Shown here one piece after another: positions 39,096 to 48,940 of a stretch of 64,000 nt of DNA. The notes under the pieces were generated by a model. That model was given only the letters and a program-made list of their open reading frames with translations. It was not told the DNA's origin and searched no databases. How positions within the stretch are numbered: the first letter of the stretch is position 1; each line of letters opens with the position of its first letter. Origin of the DNA: Candidatus Eiseniibacteriota bacterium (GTDB lineage: Bacteria; Eisenbacteria; RBG-16-71-46); assembly GCA_036522895.1 (NCBI GenBank), contig DATDEX010000279.1, positions 5,793-69,792 on the forward strand. Reading direction: 5' to 3'. Both the position numbers and the translations under genes were made by a program.

Positions 39096-40465
39096 CGCGT
39101 ACTCGCGGTGGCGCGGGCGCCGGCCAGCATGGCGCGGGTCTCGGCCGCGGCGGCGCGGAGCGCGCTCGCGGGGCGCTCGGAGCCCGCGAGCACGGCGCTC
39201 AGGTGACGCTGGAGGATGTCCGACGCGAGCGCGTAGCGGGGGATCGGCGGCCGCAGCACGGCGTTCTCGTGCAGGCGCTCGAGCTCGGCGAGGAAGGCGT
39301 TCGCGCCCAGGAGCTCGGGATCCGCGTACGCGGCCTTCAGTGCCGGGGCATAACCCGTCGGCGCGCACAGCGCGCGCTGGCCCGCAGGGGACGTGATGGC
39401 GCGAATGAACTCCATGGCGAGCGAGCGGTGGCGGCTGTACGTGGAGACGCCCAGTCCCCAGCCGCCGAGCGTGCCCGCGGAGCGACCCTCGACCGCGTGC
39501 ACCATCGGCAGCACGCCCACCCGGCCGCGCACCGGCGAGCCCGGCATTTGCGCGAGCTGCCAGGCGTACGGCCAGCTGCGCAGGAACACGGCGCGGCCGT
39601 CCTGGAACAGCCGGCGGCTCTCCTCTTCTTCATACGTTGCGACGCCCGGCGGGCTCACCGGGTGGTCGCGCACGCAGGCGAGCATGAACGAGAGCGCCGC
39701 CAGCGCCTCCGGCCGGTCGAGCCCCACGTCGAGGAACGCCGGATCCACCCAGTAGCCGCCGCAGCCGCTCAACACCTCGAGGAAGTTACAGACCAGTCCC
39801 TCGTACTGCTTCCCCTGCCACACGAATCCCCACAGGCCCGGCGGAGATTGCAGCCGGCGCGCCGCGCTCAGGAGCTCGTCGAACGTGTGCGGCGGCGCGA
39901 GCCCGGCCGCGGCGAGCAGGTCGCGCCGGTAATAGAGCAGCCCGACGTCGGTGCGCACCGGCATGCGATAGAGCACGCCCTCGTATTCGCCCGCAGCGAT
40001 CGCGGAGGGCAGGAACTCGAGCCGCTCCGCCGGGGAGACGAACTCGTCGAGCGGCACGAGCCAGCCCGCGGCGGCGAACTTCGCGGTCCAGGTCACGTCC
40101 ATGTAGACGAGATCGAACGTGGGATCCTTCGCGAGCAGCGAGGCCGTGTAGATGTTCTCGCGGAGATCGGTGGACTGGGGCCCTTCGACGAGATCGACTT
40201 TCACGCCCGGGTGCTCGCGCTCGAACCGGCTTGCGATCGGCTGCCAGAACGGGCGCTCGCTTCCGGGGAGCAGCACGGTGAGCGAGGTTGCGGCGTCGCG
40301 GGTCGTGCTCGCGGGCGCGCTGGCGAGGAGCGCGCACGTGATCGCGATCAGTGCGAACGCGATTGCTGCGGCCAGTGGCTTTCGTCGTGTCGCGACACGA
40401 AAGCGCCGGGTCCCCTCCTGGAACGAGGCGTGATCCGTGCGGCGGCGCCGCGATTTCTCGACCAT
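39092..40465 (-). CDS. extracellular solute-binding protein family 1 (sugar ABC substrate-binding protein)
   Basis: Start tentatively at MVEKSRRR. The export signal is AAAIAFALIAITCALLASA. 'LTVLLPGSERPFWQPIA...VDLVEGPQS...FDLVYMDVTW' is a family-1 substrate-binding-protein pattern. Confidence 0.7.
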   Translation of the reverse strand: MVEKSRRRRTDHASFQEGTRRFRVATRRKPLAAAIAFALIAITCALLASAPASTTRDAATSLTVLLPGSERPFWQPIASRFEREHPGVKVDLVEGPQSTDLRENIYTASLLAKDPTFDLVYMDVTWTAKFAAAGWLVPLDEFVSPAERLEFLPSAIAAGEYEGVLYRMPVRTDVGLLYYRRDLLAAAGLAPPHTFDELLSAARRLQSPPGLWGFVWQGKQYEGLVCNFLEVLSGCGGYWVDPAFLDVGLDRPEALAALSFMLACVRDHPVSPPGVATYEEEESRRLFQDGRAVFLRSWPYAWQLAQMPGSPVRGRVGVLPMVHAVEGRSAGTLGGWGLGVSTYSRHRSLAMEFIRAITSPAGQRALCAPTGYAPALKAAYADPELLGANAFLAELERLHENAVLRPPIPRYALASDILQRHLSAVLAGSERPASALRAAAAETRAMLAGARATASTR

Positions 40466-40567
40466 CGGGCGTGGGGTCGAGCGGGCCGGTGTCGCAACGA
40501 CACGGCGCACGCGAGCGTCCGCGCCGCGCGGACGCCGGGCCCGACCTTGCCTCCAACCACGAGCATG

Positions 40568-41272
40568 CTACACCTCGGTCAACGAGGCGGAGAAGCTTTC
40601 GACGCCGCGGAAGCTCCTCCGCAGGCGTACGCGCCAGAGCCAGTAGAGGAGCGCGGCGAGCACCACCAGCGGCAGGCCGTTGAGCAGCGGCCTGCGGATC
40701 AGCTTCGGGATCACGGCCCTGACATGGCCGATCGAGAGCGAGGCGACGAGAAGCGCGACGCACATGCGCCAGAGGTGCCGGGTGATTCTCGGCACGCCGC
40801 GAATCGCTTTCGCGCCGCCCGCCCGGATCCACCTTAGATCGCCGATGCCGGCGAGCAGCGCGAGGGATCCGATGATGAAGAATGGCGCCGCCGGCATTCC
40901 GAGCAGCATGCCCCCGGGACTCGCGGCCGCGACGAACCCGCCGGCAAACAGGGCGAGCCCGAGTACAAACGCCAGCGCCATGAGCCCGAGCGAAAAGCCC
41001 CGTGCGCCGGACGCCGGCGGACGCACCGTGGTGAGCCCGGTCGTCACGAGGTAGGCGGTCAGCAACCCGACGGGAATGTTCGACGCCGGCTGCTTGCCCC
41101 ACACGGCCGCCATGAGCGAGCCCATGAGCCCCATCGTGAGCATCGCGTAGACGAACCACCTGCCGCTCCCGCGATGCACGCGGCCGCCCTTGGTCACGAA
41201 GAGCGCCAGCAGGCCGGTGATGAGCCCGAGGCTTCCCGCGAGAATGTGTACGGCCCGCGCCGTTTCGTGCAT
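40568..41272 (-). CDS. hypothetical polytopic membrane protein
   Basis: 234 aa with about 6 TM helices. No recognisable motif. Confidence 0.4.
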   Translation of the reverse strand: MHETARAVHILAGSLGLITGLLALFVTKGGRVHRGSGRWFVYAMLTMGLMGSLMAAVWGKQPASNIPVGLLTAYLVTTGLTTVRPPASGARGFSLGLMALAFVLGLALFAGGFVAAASPGGMLLGMPAAPFFIIGSLALLAGIGDLRWIRAGGAKAIRGVPRITRHLWRMCVALLVASLSIGHVRAVIPKLIRRPLLNGLPLVVLAALLYWLWRVRLRRSFRGVESFSASLTEV

Positions 41273-41545
41273 GGACGACCCCCTGTTGCCTCGTGGCGTT
41301 CACTGGTGCTACGTGGCCCGGCCGCGGGATGTTGCCTCGCGCCCGGCGAACACCGCGAATCCCGCGCCGCTGCCGGCGGGCACGAGGAAGCCCCGCCTCG
41401 CGATCGCCTTCGATACCGTATGCTCGATCGCGGCAGCGTGGCTGCCGCTCGCGATCGCCGTGTTCGTCACGGTCATGCGGATCTACTGGGTGGCCTACGC
41501 GATGCGCGCGCCCAGCGAGCCCGATTCGACCCGGGGGGACTTGCC

Positions 41546-41923
41546 ATGCGCAGCAGCAAGGTCGCACTGACCGCCACTACGCTGATGGGCGTCTTTGGGC
41601 TCGGATGGTTTTTCATGCCCGACGCGCTGGCGAAGTACTGGAAGCTGGCACCCGGCGCGGACCTCGACTACATGGGCCACCGCTATGGCGCCCTGCTCAT
41701 CGGCCTGGGTGTCACCGTGTGGCTGGGGCGCAATGCGCTCAACACGGAGGCACGCCGCGCGCTGATGGCCGGCGCATTGGTCTCGCTGGTGCTGACCACC
41801 GCGCTCAGCCTCTACGGCGCGCTCGCGCTGAGCCTCAACGCCTGGCCTGCATTCGGTGTGGAACTTGTGCTGACGTTGGGGATGGCGTGGGCGATGTTCG
41901 TGAGACCGGAGCCGGCCGCGTAG
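41546..41923 (+). CDS. small hypothetical membrane protein
   Basis: 125 aa from ATG 41546 with 4 hydrophobic helices. It sits inside a longer ORF with a non-coding-looking N-terminal extension. Confidence 0.35.
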   Translation: MRSSKVALTATTLMGVFGLGWFFMPDALAKYWKLAPGADLDYMGHRYGALLIGLGVTVWLGRNALNTEARRALMAGALVSLVLTTALSLYGALALSLNAWPAFGVELVLTLGMAWAMFVRPEPAA

Positions 41924-42188
41924 GGGAGACCAACACCCCCTGGCATCGACGGCACCGTGCGCGCCCGCCGTGGGCTTGCGTTGCTCGCGCTCATGCGGGA
42001 GGCGCCGTGGAATGGCCGCGATACGCGTCGAGCCGATAGGCTTCGAGCGAAAGCGCGGCGGGATCGAACCGTCCGAGGATCGTCCCGAGGCATGCCTCGA
42101 CATCGGAGTCGTGGAGCGGCGGATGGTCCGGGCGCTTCACCCAGGTCGGGATCCCGGGGACGGACACCCAATATCGAGTAGCTTCTCG

Positions 42189-44252
42189 CTAGTGCTTGAC
42201 GCCTCGGCCCTGAGTGCGCATCACATCGAGCGCGCGCTTGGCGTTCGCATCTCCCTGCTGAGCCGCTTTGCGGTACCAGAGAACGGCTGTGGCGTCGTCC
42301 TTCGCCACGCCCGAGCCATGTTCGTACGCCAGGCCGAGGTTGTACTGGGCACTCGCGTATCCCTGTTCGGCCGCCTTTCGCCACCAGAGCACGGCTGTGG
42401 CGTCATCCTCCACGACGCCATTGCCATTGGCGTACATCGCGCCGAGGTTGTTCTGGGCCCTCGCGACTCCCTGCTCGGCCGCCTTGCGGAACCAGAGAAC
42501 GGCCGTGCCGTCGTCTTTCGCCACGCCACTGCCATTCGCGTACATCGAGCCGAGATTGGCCTGGGCGTCCGCGTCTCCTTGTTCAGCCGCCTTGCGGTAC
42601 CAGAGAACGGCTGTGGAGTCATCCTTCGCCACGCCCTTGCCATTGGCGTACATCACGCCGAGGTTGTGCTGGGCGTCCGCGTCCCCCTGTTCAGCCGCTT
42701 TGCGGAACCAGAGAACGGCTGTGGCGTCATTCTTCGCCACGCCACTGCCATTCGCGTACATCGAGCCGAGGTTGCACTGGGCGCCCGCCTCTCCTTGTTC
42801 AGCCGCCTTGCGGTACCAGAGAACGGCTGTGGAGTCGTCCTTCCGCGTGCCACTGCCATCTTCGTACATCATGCCGAGGCTCTACTGGGCGCTCGCGAAT
42901 CCCTGTTCAGCCGCCTTTCGGTACCAGAGAACGGCTTTGGCGTCATCCTTCGCCACGCCCCTGCCATTGACGTACATCAAGCCGAGGTTGCACTGGGCGC
43001 TCGCGTCTCCTTGTTCAGCCGCCTTTCGATACCAGAGAACGGCTGTGGAGTCATCTTCCGCCACGCCCTTGCCATTCGAGTACATCGAGCCGAGGTTGTC
43101 CTGGGCGTCCGCGGCCCCCTGTTCAGCCGCCTTGCGGTACCAGAGGACGGCTGTGGCGTCATCCTTGTCCACGCCCCTGCCAGTGGCGTACATCAGCCCG
43201 AGGTTGTACTGGGCGTCCGCGTCTCCCTGTTCAGCCGCCTTTCGCAACCAGAGAACGCCTGTGGCGTCATCCTTAGCCACGCCCCTGCCGTCCTGATACA
43301 TCAATCCGAGGTTGACTTGCGCGCCCGTAAATCCCTGTTCGGCCGCCTTTCGGAACCAGAGAGCGGCTGTGGCGTCATCCCTAGCCACGCCCATGCCATG
43401 TTCGTACATCACGCCGAGGTTGTGCTGGGCGCTCGCGAATCCCTGTTCAGCAGCCTTTCGGTACCAGAGAACGGCTGTGGCGTCATCCCTCGCAACGCCC
43501 CTGCCATGGGCGTAGATCACGCCGAGGTTGTACTGGGCCCTCGCGTCTCCCTGCTCGGCCGCCTTGCGGTACCAGAGAACGGCTGTGGCGTCATCCTTCG
43601 CCACACCCCTGCCATCGGCGTACATCACGCCGAGGTTGTACTGGGCGTCCGCGGCTCCCTGTTCAGCCGCCTTGCGGTACCAGAGAACGGCTGTGGCGTC
43701 ATCTTTCTCCACGCCCCTGCCATTGGCGTACATCAAGCCGAGGTTGTCCTGGGCAAGCGCAAGTCCCTGTTCGGTCGCCTTTCGGTACCAGAGAACGGCT
43801 GTGGCGTCATCCCTCGCCACGCCTCTGCCGTTGGCATACATCAAGCCGAGGTTGGACTGGGCGAGCGCAAATCCCTGTTCGGCCGCCTTTCGGTACCAGA
43901 GAACGGCAGTCGAGTCATCCTTCGCCACGCCCCTGCCATGGGCGTACATGATGCCCAGGTTGTACTGGGCCCTCGCGTCTCCCTGCTCGGCCGCCTTTCG
44001 CAACCAGACAGCGGCTGTGGCGTCATCTTTCTCCACGCCCCTGCCATCGCCGTACATCACGCCGAGGTTGTACTGGGCCTGCGCGTCCCCATGCTCGGCC
44101 AATGGGCGCAATAGCCGGAGTGCCGTAGAGTAGTCACCACGGTTCGCAGCGGCGACGCCGTCTTCCAGCGGTCCAGCGTTCGCGTTTCCGGATGTCAGCA
44201 AGAACAACAGAATGAAGGCGAGCAGACGCCTCATGCGGCCGAATGCAGGCAT
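42189..44252 (-). pseudogene. Sel1-like repeat (SLR) protein gene interrupted by a single in-frame TAG
   Basis: Two minus-strand ORFs (42882..44372 and 42189..42872) are in the same frame and are separated only by a TAG where every other repeat has TAC (Tyr of AQYNLG). Intact, it would encode about 19 Sel1 repeats (GxxYxxGxGVxKDxxxAxxWYRKAAEQG) after a signal peptide (MRRLLAFILLFLLTSGNANA). Confidence 0.6.
42192..44120 (-). repeat. tandem array of about 19 near-identical 108-bp coding repeats (Sel1 units)
   Basis: A 108-nt unit recurs ('...ggtaccagagaacggctgtggcgtcatccttcgccacgcc...ggcgtacatc...gccgaggttgtactgggc...'). Copies differ at only a few positions. Confidence 0.8.
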
Positions 44253-44671
44253 CGACGTTCCTCCTTGCTTAGGCCTCGTCTCTCTTTGCGGTGGCGCGAG
44301 CCGCCGAACCCTGACATTGTCGCATGAGAACATTGGCAGTGTCCCGTGACCTGCTCCCCAACTCGGAAACAAACGCAGTCAGCATCCTGTCGAGTTGAGT
44401 GCGAAGTGCGTTCCTGATGAGAGCGGCCCGGGATCGGCTTCGCAAGATGCGCGTGCAGCCCAGATCTCGTGCGACCGCGACTCCTAGGTCAAGGTTCCGG
44501 AGTGTGCCGCTCCTTCGATGGCGGCCTCACCCGGACGGCGGCCCCGAGGCAGCCAGCGGACCCTTACATCCCGGCCCTCACCGCCAGCGACACGCCACTG
44601 TTGGCCGGGACCAATGACGGCGGGGTGTTCCGTTCAAGCGATGGCGGCCTCAGATCGCCTGACCTCAGCGC

Positions 44672-46210
44672 TCAGAAGCGAAGGGTGCGGAGATGACCGG
44701 AGCGCCGAGGGGGCCGTTGGAATCCTTCTTGTGCGATCCCCAGCTTATCTGCCAAGCGACTCTTGTAGACCACACTCAATTCTTCCTCAATCTGTTCAAC
44801 TTCGGGGATCAGCGCCGATGCCGGCTTGGAAGGCCGGACGTTCATCTCCGCGGAGGCGAGTCTGTCCATCCGCGGTCCTAGTGCATCCAAGCGCGCAGCT
44901 AAGGGCGGGTGCGAATCCGTGGGATGCGCGAGTTGTGTGTCGGCAATCCCCTTCAACCAATCTCTTGCGGGCAGCTCGGCGACGAGGAGCGCAAAACTCT
45001 TACTGACGTTGACCAAGCCGGTGCCATCGCCCTCGCGCAAGACGCTCGCAACACTGTCCTCAAGCTCTCCCCGGCGAGCCGAGAACGCGTGGACCTTCGC
45101 GAGGGCCGAAGCCATGCATAAGTTGTTCGTGACGCTCGCCCCCGCCGCATCAGCGGCCAGTTCGCGATCACGGCTAAGCCGACGCTCCGCGACTGCAAAA
45201 CATTCAAGGTAGTAGCTCAGGATGCCGAGCGCGGGCAGGAGCGGCAGGAGCATGGCCCCGCTGCCCGCGCTGCTCTGTATCGCGGCAATCGATGATGTGG
45301 TACCTCGATATATCGGATAGAAACGTTGGCTGAACTTGGTGTCGTTTCCTTTAAAGTGACCCAGTTCGTGGCCAAGGATTGCTGCGAACTCGTCAACGTC
45401 CAGAATTCTGCACAGCGGAAGGGAACAGTACAGCGTACGTCCACCGAGCGATTCTCCAATGCAATGGACGTCGGCCTCAGTCACGAAGAAGTTTCCGTCT
45501 AGCCCCGCGACGAGGTGGTCAGGGACACACGCGCCCAGGGTCTTGGCGACAGCCTCCACGCGTGCCCACAGGGCCGGCGCAGTATTTCTACCAATGCTCC
45601 TCCCTAGAACCTCATGTTCTGCCCTCTTCACCACCGCCCACATCACGCCCGCGATCTTGAAGGCCCCCAGCCCCGCTCCAACTGCTATTGCCGCGATGAC
45701 TCCGGTAAGCACGCTGCCGAAGAACACGACACCACCATAGTAGATGGCCACCACGGCAATGCTCGCATGGACGAGGACCAACACGACCACGCATATCGCC
45801 GTCCCGTACATCCCAGGCAAGAACACTTCGACCAGAAGGTCGCGACTGCCCTTTGCGAGGACCCCTGCCAATCCAATCCCGCAGATGAGCGCGATTCCCG
45901 CGAGGGCAGCGGCCACAGAGGTGCCAAACATGAGCTTCAAGATCAAATTGGTACGGCAGACGCCTCTTGTAGCTCTGCTCGAGGTCTTGCAGAGGTGATC
46001 GAGCGTGGCGTCGGCAAGTTCTTCCTGAGAGGTTTCGGGACGCGCTTCGAGCGTCGCCTTCCGTACTTGAGCGTCATACCGGAGCCGAACACGCGCCGCG
46101 ACACCAGCGCCCAGAATCGGAACCGCGAGAAGCATTACGAGGAGCCATCGTCGCTTAATCAATACGACTCCAAGGCTTGCTGTCTGCAGCGGGGAGGAGC
46201 TCGACGGCAC
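44672..46210 (-). CDS. M48-family zinc metallopeptidase (HtpX-like), membrane-bound
   Basis: 512 aa with several TM helices followed by the HEXXH motif 'AILGHELGHF'. Confidence 0.7.
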   Translation of the reverse strand: MPSSSSPLQTASLGVVLIKRRWLLVMLLAVPILGAGVAARVRLRYDAQVRKATLEARPETSQEELADATLDHLCKTSSRATRGVCRTNLILKLMFGTSVAAALAGIALICGIGLAGVLAKGSRDLLVEVFLPGMYGTAICVVVLVLVHASIAVVAIYYGGVVFFGSVLTGVIAAIAVGAGLGAFKIAGVMWAVVKRAEHEVLGRSIGRNTAPALWARVEAVAKTLGACVPDHLVAGLDGNFFVTEADVHCIGESLGGRTLYCSLPLCRILDVDEFAAILGHELGHFKGNDTKFSQRFYPIYRGTTSSIAAIQSSAGSGAMLLPLLPALGILSYYLECFAVAERRLSRDRELAADAAGASVTNNLCMASALAKVHAFSARRGELEDSVASVLREGDGTGLVNVSKSFALLVAELPARDWLKGIADTQLAHPTDSHPPLAARLDALGPRMDRLASAEMNVRPSKPASALIPEVEQIEEELSVVYKSRLADKLGIAQEGFQRPPRRSGHLRTLRF

Positions 46211-46388
46211 GAGACAGATCTACTGGCACGCTGAACCCGGGAGCGCGAGTGTCGGGTCCACGGAACCCTACCATGATCCGTGGGCTCAGAATCGGGGAGT
46301 GGAGTTCCCGGAGTTCAGTGGACGGTTGCTGGCATGCCAGCAGCCCGGGAGGGCAATGCCGATGTCCACGAAGCCGCGGCCCCGCTCC

Positions 46389-48896
46389 CTACTCCGCCCG
46401 CAGCCCCCGCAGTGCGTCCGCGCGCACCGCGCCTACCGCCGGCACCCCACTCGCGACCATCGCCGTCACGAGCAGCCCCGCGCTGACGAGCGCAAGCAGC
46501 GCGGGGCTCCCCGGCGACACGCCGAACATCAGGCGCGACATGAAGCCACTCGCGAGCCAGGCCCCGAACGCGCCCGCGGCGGTGCCGATGCCGGCGAGGC
46601 GGATCGTGCGCGCGAAGATCAGGCCGACGATGCTGCGAGGCGAGGCTCCCAACGCCATGCGGATGCCGATCTCGTGTCGTCGCTGCTCCACCGTGTAGGC
46701 GGCGATCCCGTACACGCCCAGCGCCGTGAGCAGGAGGGAGATGAGCGTGAACGTCACGAGCAGGCCCACGCTGAAGCGTCGCGGGGCGATCGTGGTGTCG
46801 ACGTACGCCCGCAAATCGGTGAGCGTCCCCGTCGCCACCGCCGGATCCACCTCGTGCAGAATCCTGAGGAAGGTGGGCCCGAACGCGGCCGGCTCGCTCC
46901 GCACGCGAACGGCCCAGAACTGGGTGGCCGTGACGAGCGAGGTCGCGTCCGGGTGCACTTGCCGCATGGAGATGAAGACTTCGGGGGCCGCCGGTCCGTC
47001 GAGGTCGGTCTCGCGCAGGTCGTCCACGACCCCCACGATCGTCACGGGTCGGGGCCCGGTGTCGTTGTCGTCGATCAGCAGCTGTCGATCGACCGCACCG
47101 GTCTTCGCGAAGAATCGCTCGGCCAATGCCCGATTGACGACCGCGACGGTAGGCGCCGCGCCGTCGTCATGCTCGCTGATCAGCCGCCCCGCCCTCCTGT
47201 GTGCCCCGATCGCCTCCAGGTAACCCGCCGACACGGCGCGATAGGTGGCGTTGGGCCAGTCGCTCCTTAGCGCTGGCGGATCCTGCGCCGGCGCGACCGG
47301 TACCGACGCCAGCACCCCGCTGAGCGGCGCATTCGATGTTCCACCCGCCGCCACCACTCCCGGCGCGCCCGCGAGTGCAGCCGACATCGAGAGGGAGAAG
47401 GGCGACAGGTCCGCGGGCGTCGGGTAGCGCTTGGGCGGCAGCGACAGCCGTGCCACGAACACCGAATCGGGGCGGTAGCCCAACTCCACTCGCTCGAGGC
47501 CGATGAGGCTCTGCACCAGCGCCGCCGTCGCCGAGGTGACGATCAGGGCCAGCGCGACCTCGACGACGATGAACGACGAGCGCAGTCGTGCCTGGGTGCG
47601 TGTCGTGCCGCCCGCGCGCCCGACGCCCCGAAGGACGGTCTCGAGCGAGGCGCTCCGCGCGATGAGAATCGGGGCGAGACTGAACAGCAGCACGGCAATG
47701 GCGCAGACCGCGAACACCAAGCCCAAGACCGTGGGGCTTAGTCGTGCCTCCTCGATCCGTGGCGCGATCGCCCCGAGATGCGACGCGGCGTACGAGATCG
47801 CCAGGTAGGCCAGCCCCGAGCCGATCAGGCCGGCCGTCGCCACGAGCAGGGCGCCCTCGATGAGGAACCGGAGCGCGAGTCGTGCATGCGATGCGCCCAG
47901 GGCCAGACAGACCGCGGTCTCGCCCTGCCGGCGAACCGCGCGCGCGAGGAGCAGGTTGAGCACGTTGACGAGCGCGATCACCACCATGAGCGAGACGCAC
48001 GCCAGGAGCACGATCAGCGTCGGCCGGAGCGTCGTCGCGAGGTAATCCTGGAGCGGCGTGGCCCGCACGCCGAGCTTCCTGGCGTAGTCCACGGGGAACT
48101 GGGCGCGCAGGCGCGCGGCCACGAGGTTCAGTTCCCGATCGGCGCCGGCCGCCGTCGCGGATGGCTCCAGGCGCCCGAACATGCGAATGAAGTTGACTGA
48201 GCCACGCGCGTTTCGCCGAGGATCGCGCTCGGGATCGAGCGGCACCACGAGATCCACGTCGCGCACCGGGAGCGGGAAGAAGCGTGGCAGCACGCCGACG
48301 ACCGTGTAGCTCTCGCCATTCAGCCGCAGCGAGCGCCCGATGATTCCCTGATCGCCGGCGAACGCGCGGCGCCAATAGCCGTGGCCCAGCATCACGACGC
48401 GAGGCGCATCGGGCGCATCGTCGGCGCCGGTGAGCAGACGGCCGACGCTGGCCCTGGCGCCGAGGAGCGCGAGCCCGTCCGCCGACACGCGAAGGCCCTG
48501 CACCCACTGGGCGCCCGAACGCCCCTCGAAGATGGCACTCCAGTTCGCGTAGCCCCCGAGCCGCACCGACGTGGCCTGCGCGCGATAGTCGAGCAGCTCG
48601 GGCAGCGTGAACGGCGCATCGGGGCGGTCGCGGCGCACCGAGGAAACCCAGATCAGTCGCTCGGGGTGGTCGAACGGAAGGCTGTGGATGAGCACGACGT
48701 CGGCGACCGAGTAGACCGTCGCCACGGCGCCGATGCAGATCGCCAGCGTGGCCACGATGAAGCCGGACGCCAGCGGCGAATGCCGAAGCGAGCGGGCGGC
48801 GAAGCGGAGTTCGTGGCCAACGGACGGCATCAGGGCCCTCGCAAACGGGAACGTGGGGTGCACTGCGTCCCGCACACGAGACACCGTAGGCGTCAT
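46389..48896 (-). CDS. ADOP-family (FtsX/MacB-like) ABC permease, second copy
   Basis: 835 aa. The N-terminus 'ELRFAARSLRHSPLASGFIVATLAICIGAVATVYS' and two FtsX-like modules match the first permease. The true start may be MPSVG (about 48830). Confidence 0.75.
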   Translation of the reverse strand: MTPTVSRVRDAVHPTFPFARALMPSVGHELRFAARSLRHSPLASGFIVATLAICIGAVATVYSVADVVLIHSLPFDHPERLIWVSSVRRDRPDAPFTLPELLDYRAQATSVRLGGYANWSAIFEGRSGAQWVQGLRVSADGLALLGARASVGRLLTGADDAPDAPRVVMLGHGYWRRAFAGDQGIIGRSLRLNGESYTVVGVLPRFFPLPVRDVDLVVPLDPERDPRRNARGSVNFIRMFGRLEPSATAAGADRELNLVAARLRAQFPVDYARKLGVRATPLQDYLATTLRPTLIVLLACVSLMVVIALVNVLNLLLARAVRRQGETAVCLALGASHARLALRFLIEGALLVATAGLIGSGLAYLAISYAASHLGAIAPRIEEARLSPTVLGLVFAVCAIAVLLFSLAPILIARSASLETVLRGVGRAGGTTRTQARLRSSFIVVEVALALIVTSATAALVQSLIGLERVELGYRPDSVFVARLSLPPKRYPTPADLSPFSLSMSAALAGAPGVVAAGGTSNAPLSGVLASVPVAPAQDPPALRSDWPNATYRAVSAGYLEAIGAHRRAGRLISEHDDGAAPTVAVVNRALAERFFAKTGAVDRQLLIDDNDTGPRPVTIVGVVDDLRETDLDGPAAPEVFISMRQVHPDATSLVTATQFWAVRVRSEPAAFGPTFLRILHEVDPAVATGTLTDLRAYVDTTIAPRRFSVGLLVTFTLISLLLTALGVYGIAAYTVEQRRHEIGIRMALGASPRSIVGLIFARTIRLAGIGTAAGAFGAWLASGFMSRLMFGVSPGSPALLALVSAGLLVTAMVASGVPAVGAVRADALRGLRAE

Positions 48897-48940
48897 TGGT
48901 CTTGCCCGGAAGGGCCACTTATCCGATTCTCAGTGGACCA

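Noticed and set aside
41970-44114. 714-aa + strand ORF (and 42268..43296 etc.) across the Sel1 repeat array
   Set aside because: It is the mirror image of the highly repetitive minus-strand Sel1 gene. The periodic LFSRL/AVPENGCGVILRHA product is an antisense artefact of 108-bp repeats with no start or SD context.
42192-44120. Possible CRISPR array because of many regular direct repeats
   Set aside because: The repeats are 108 bp, contiguous with no unique spacers, and in-frame coding (Sel1 units). There is no cas gene nearby.
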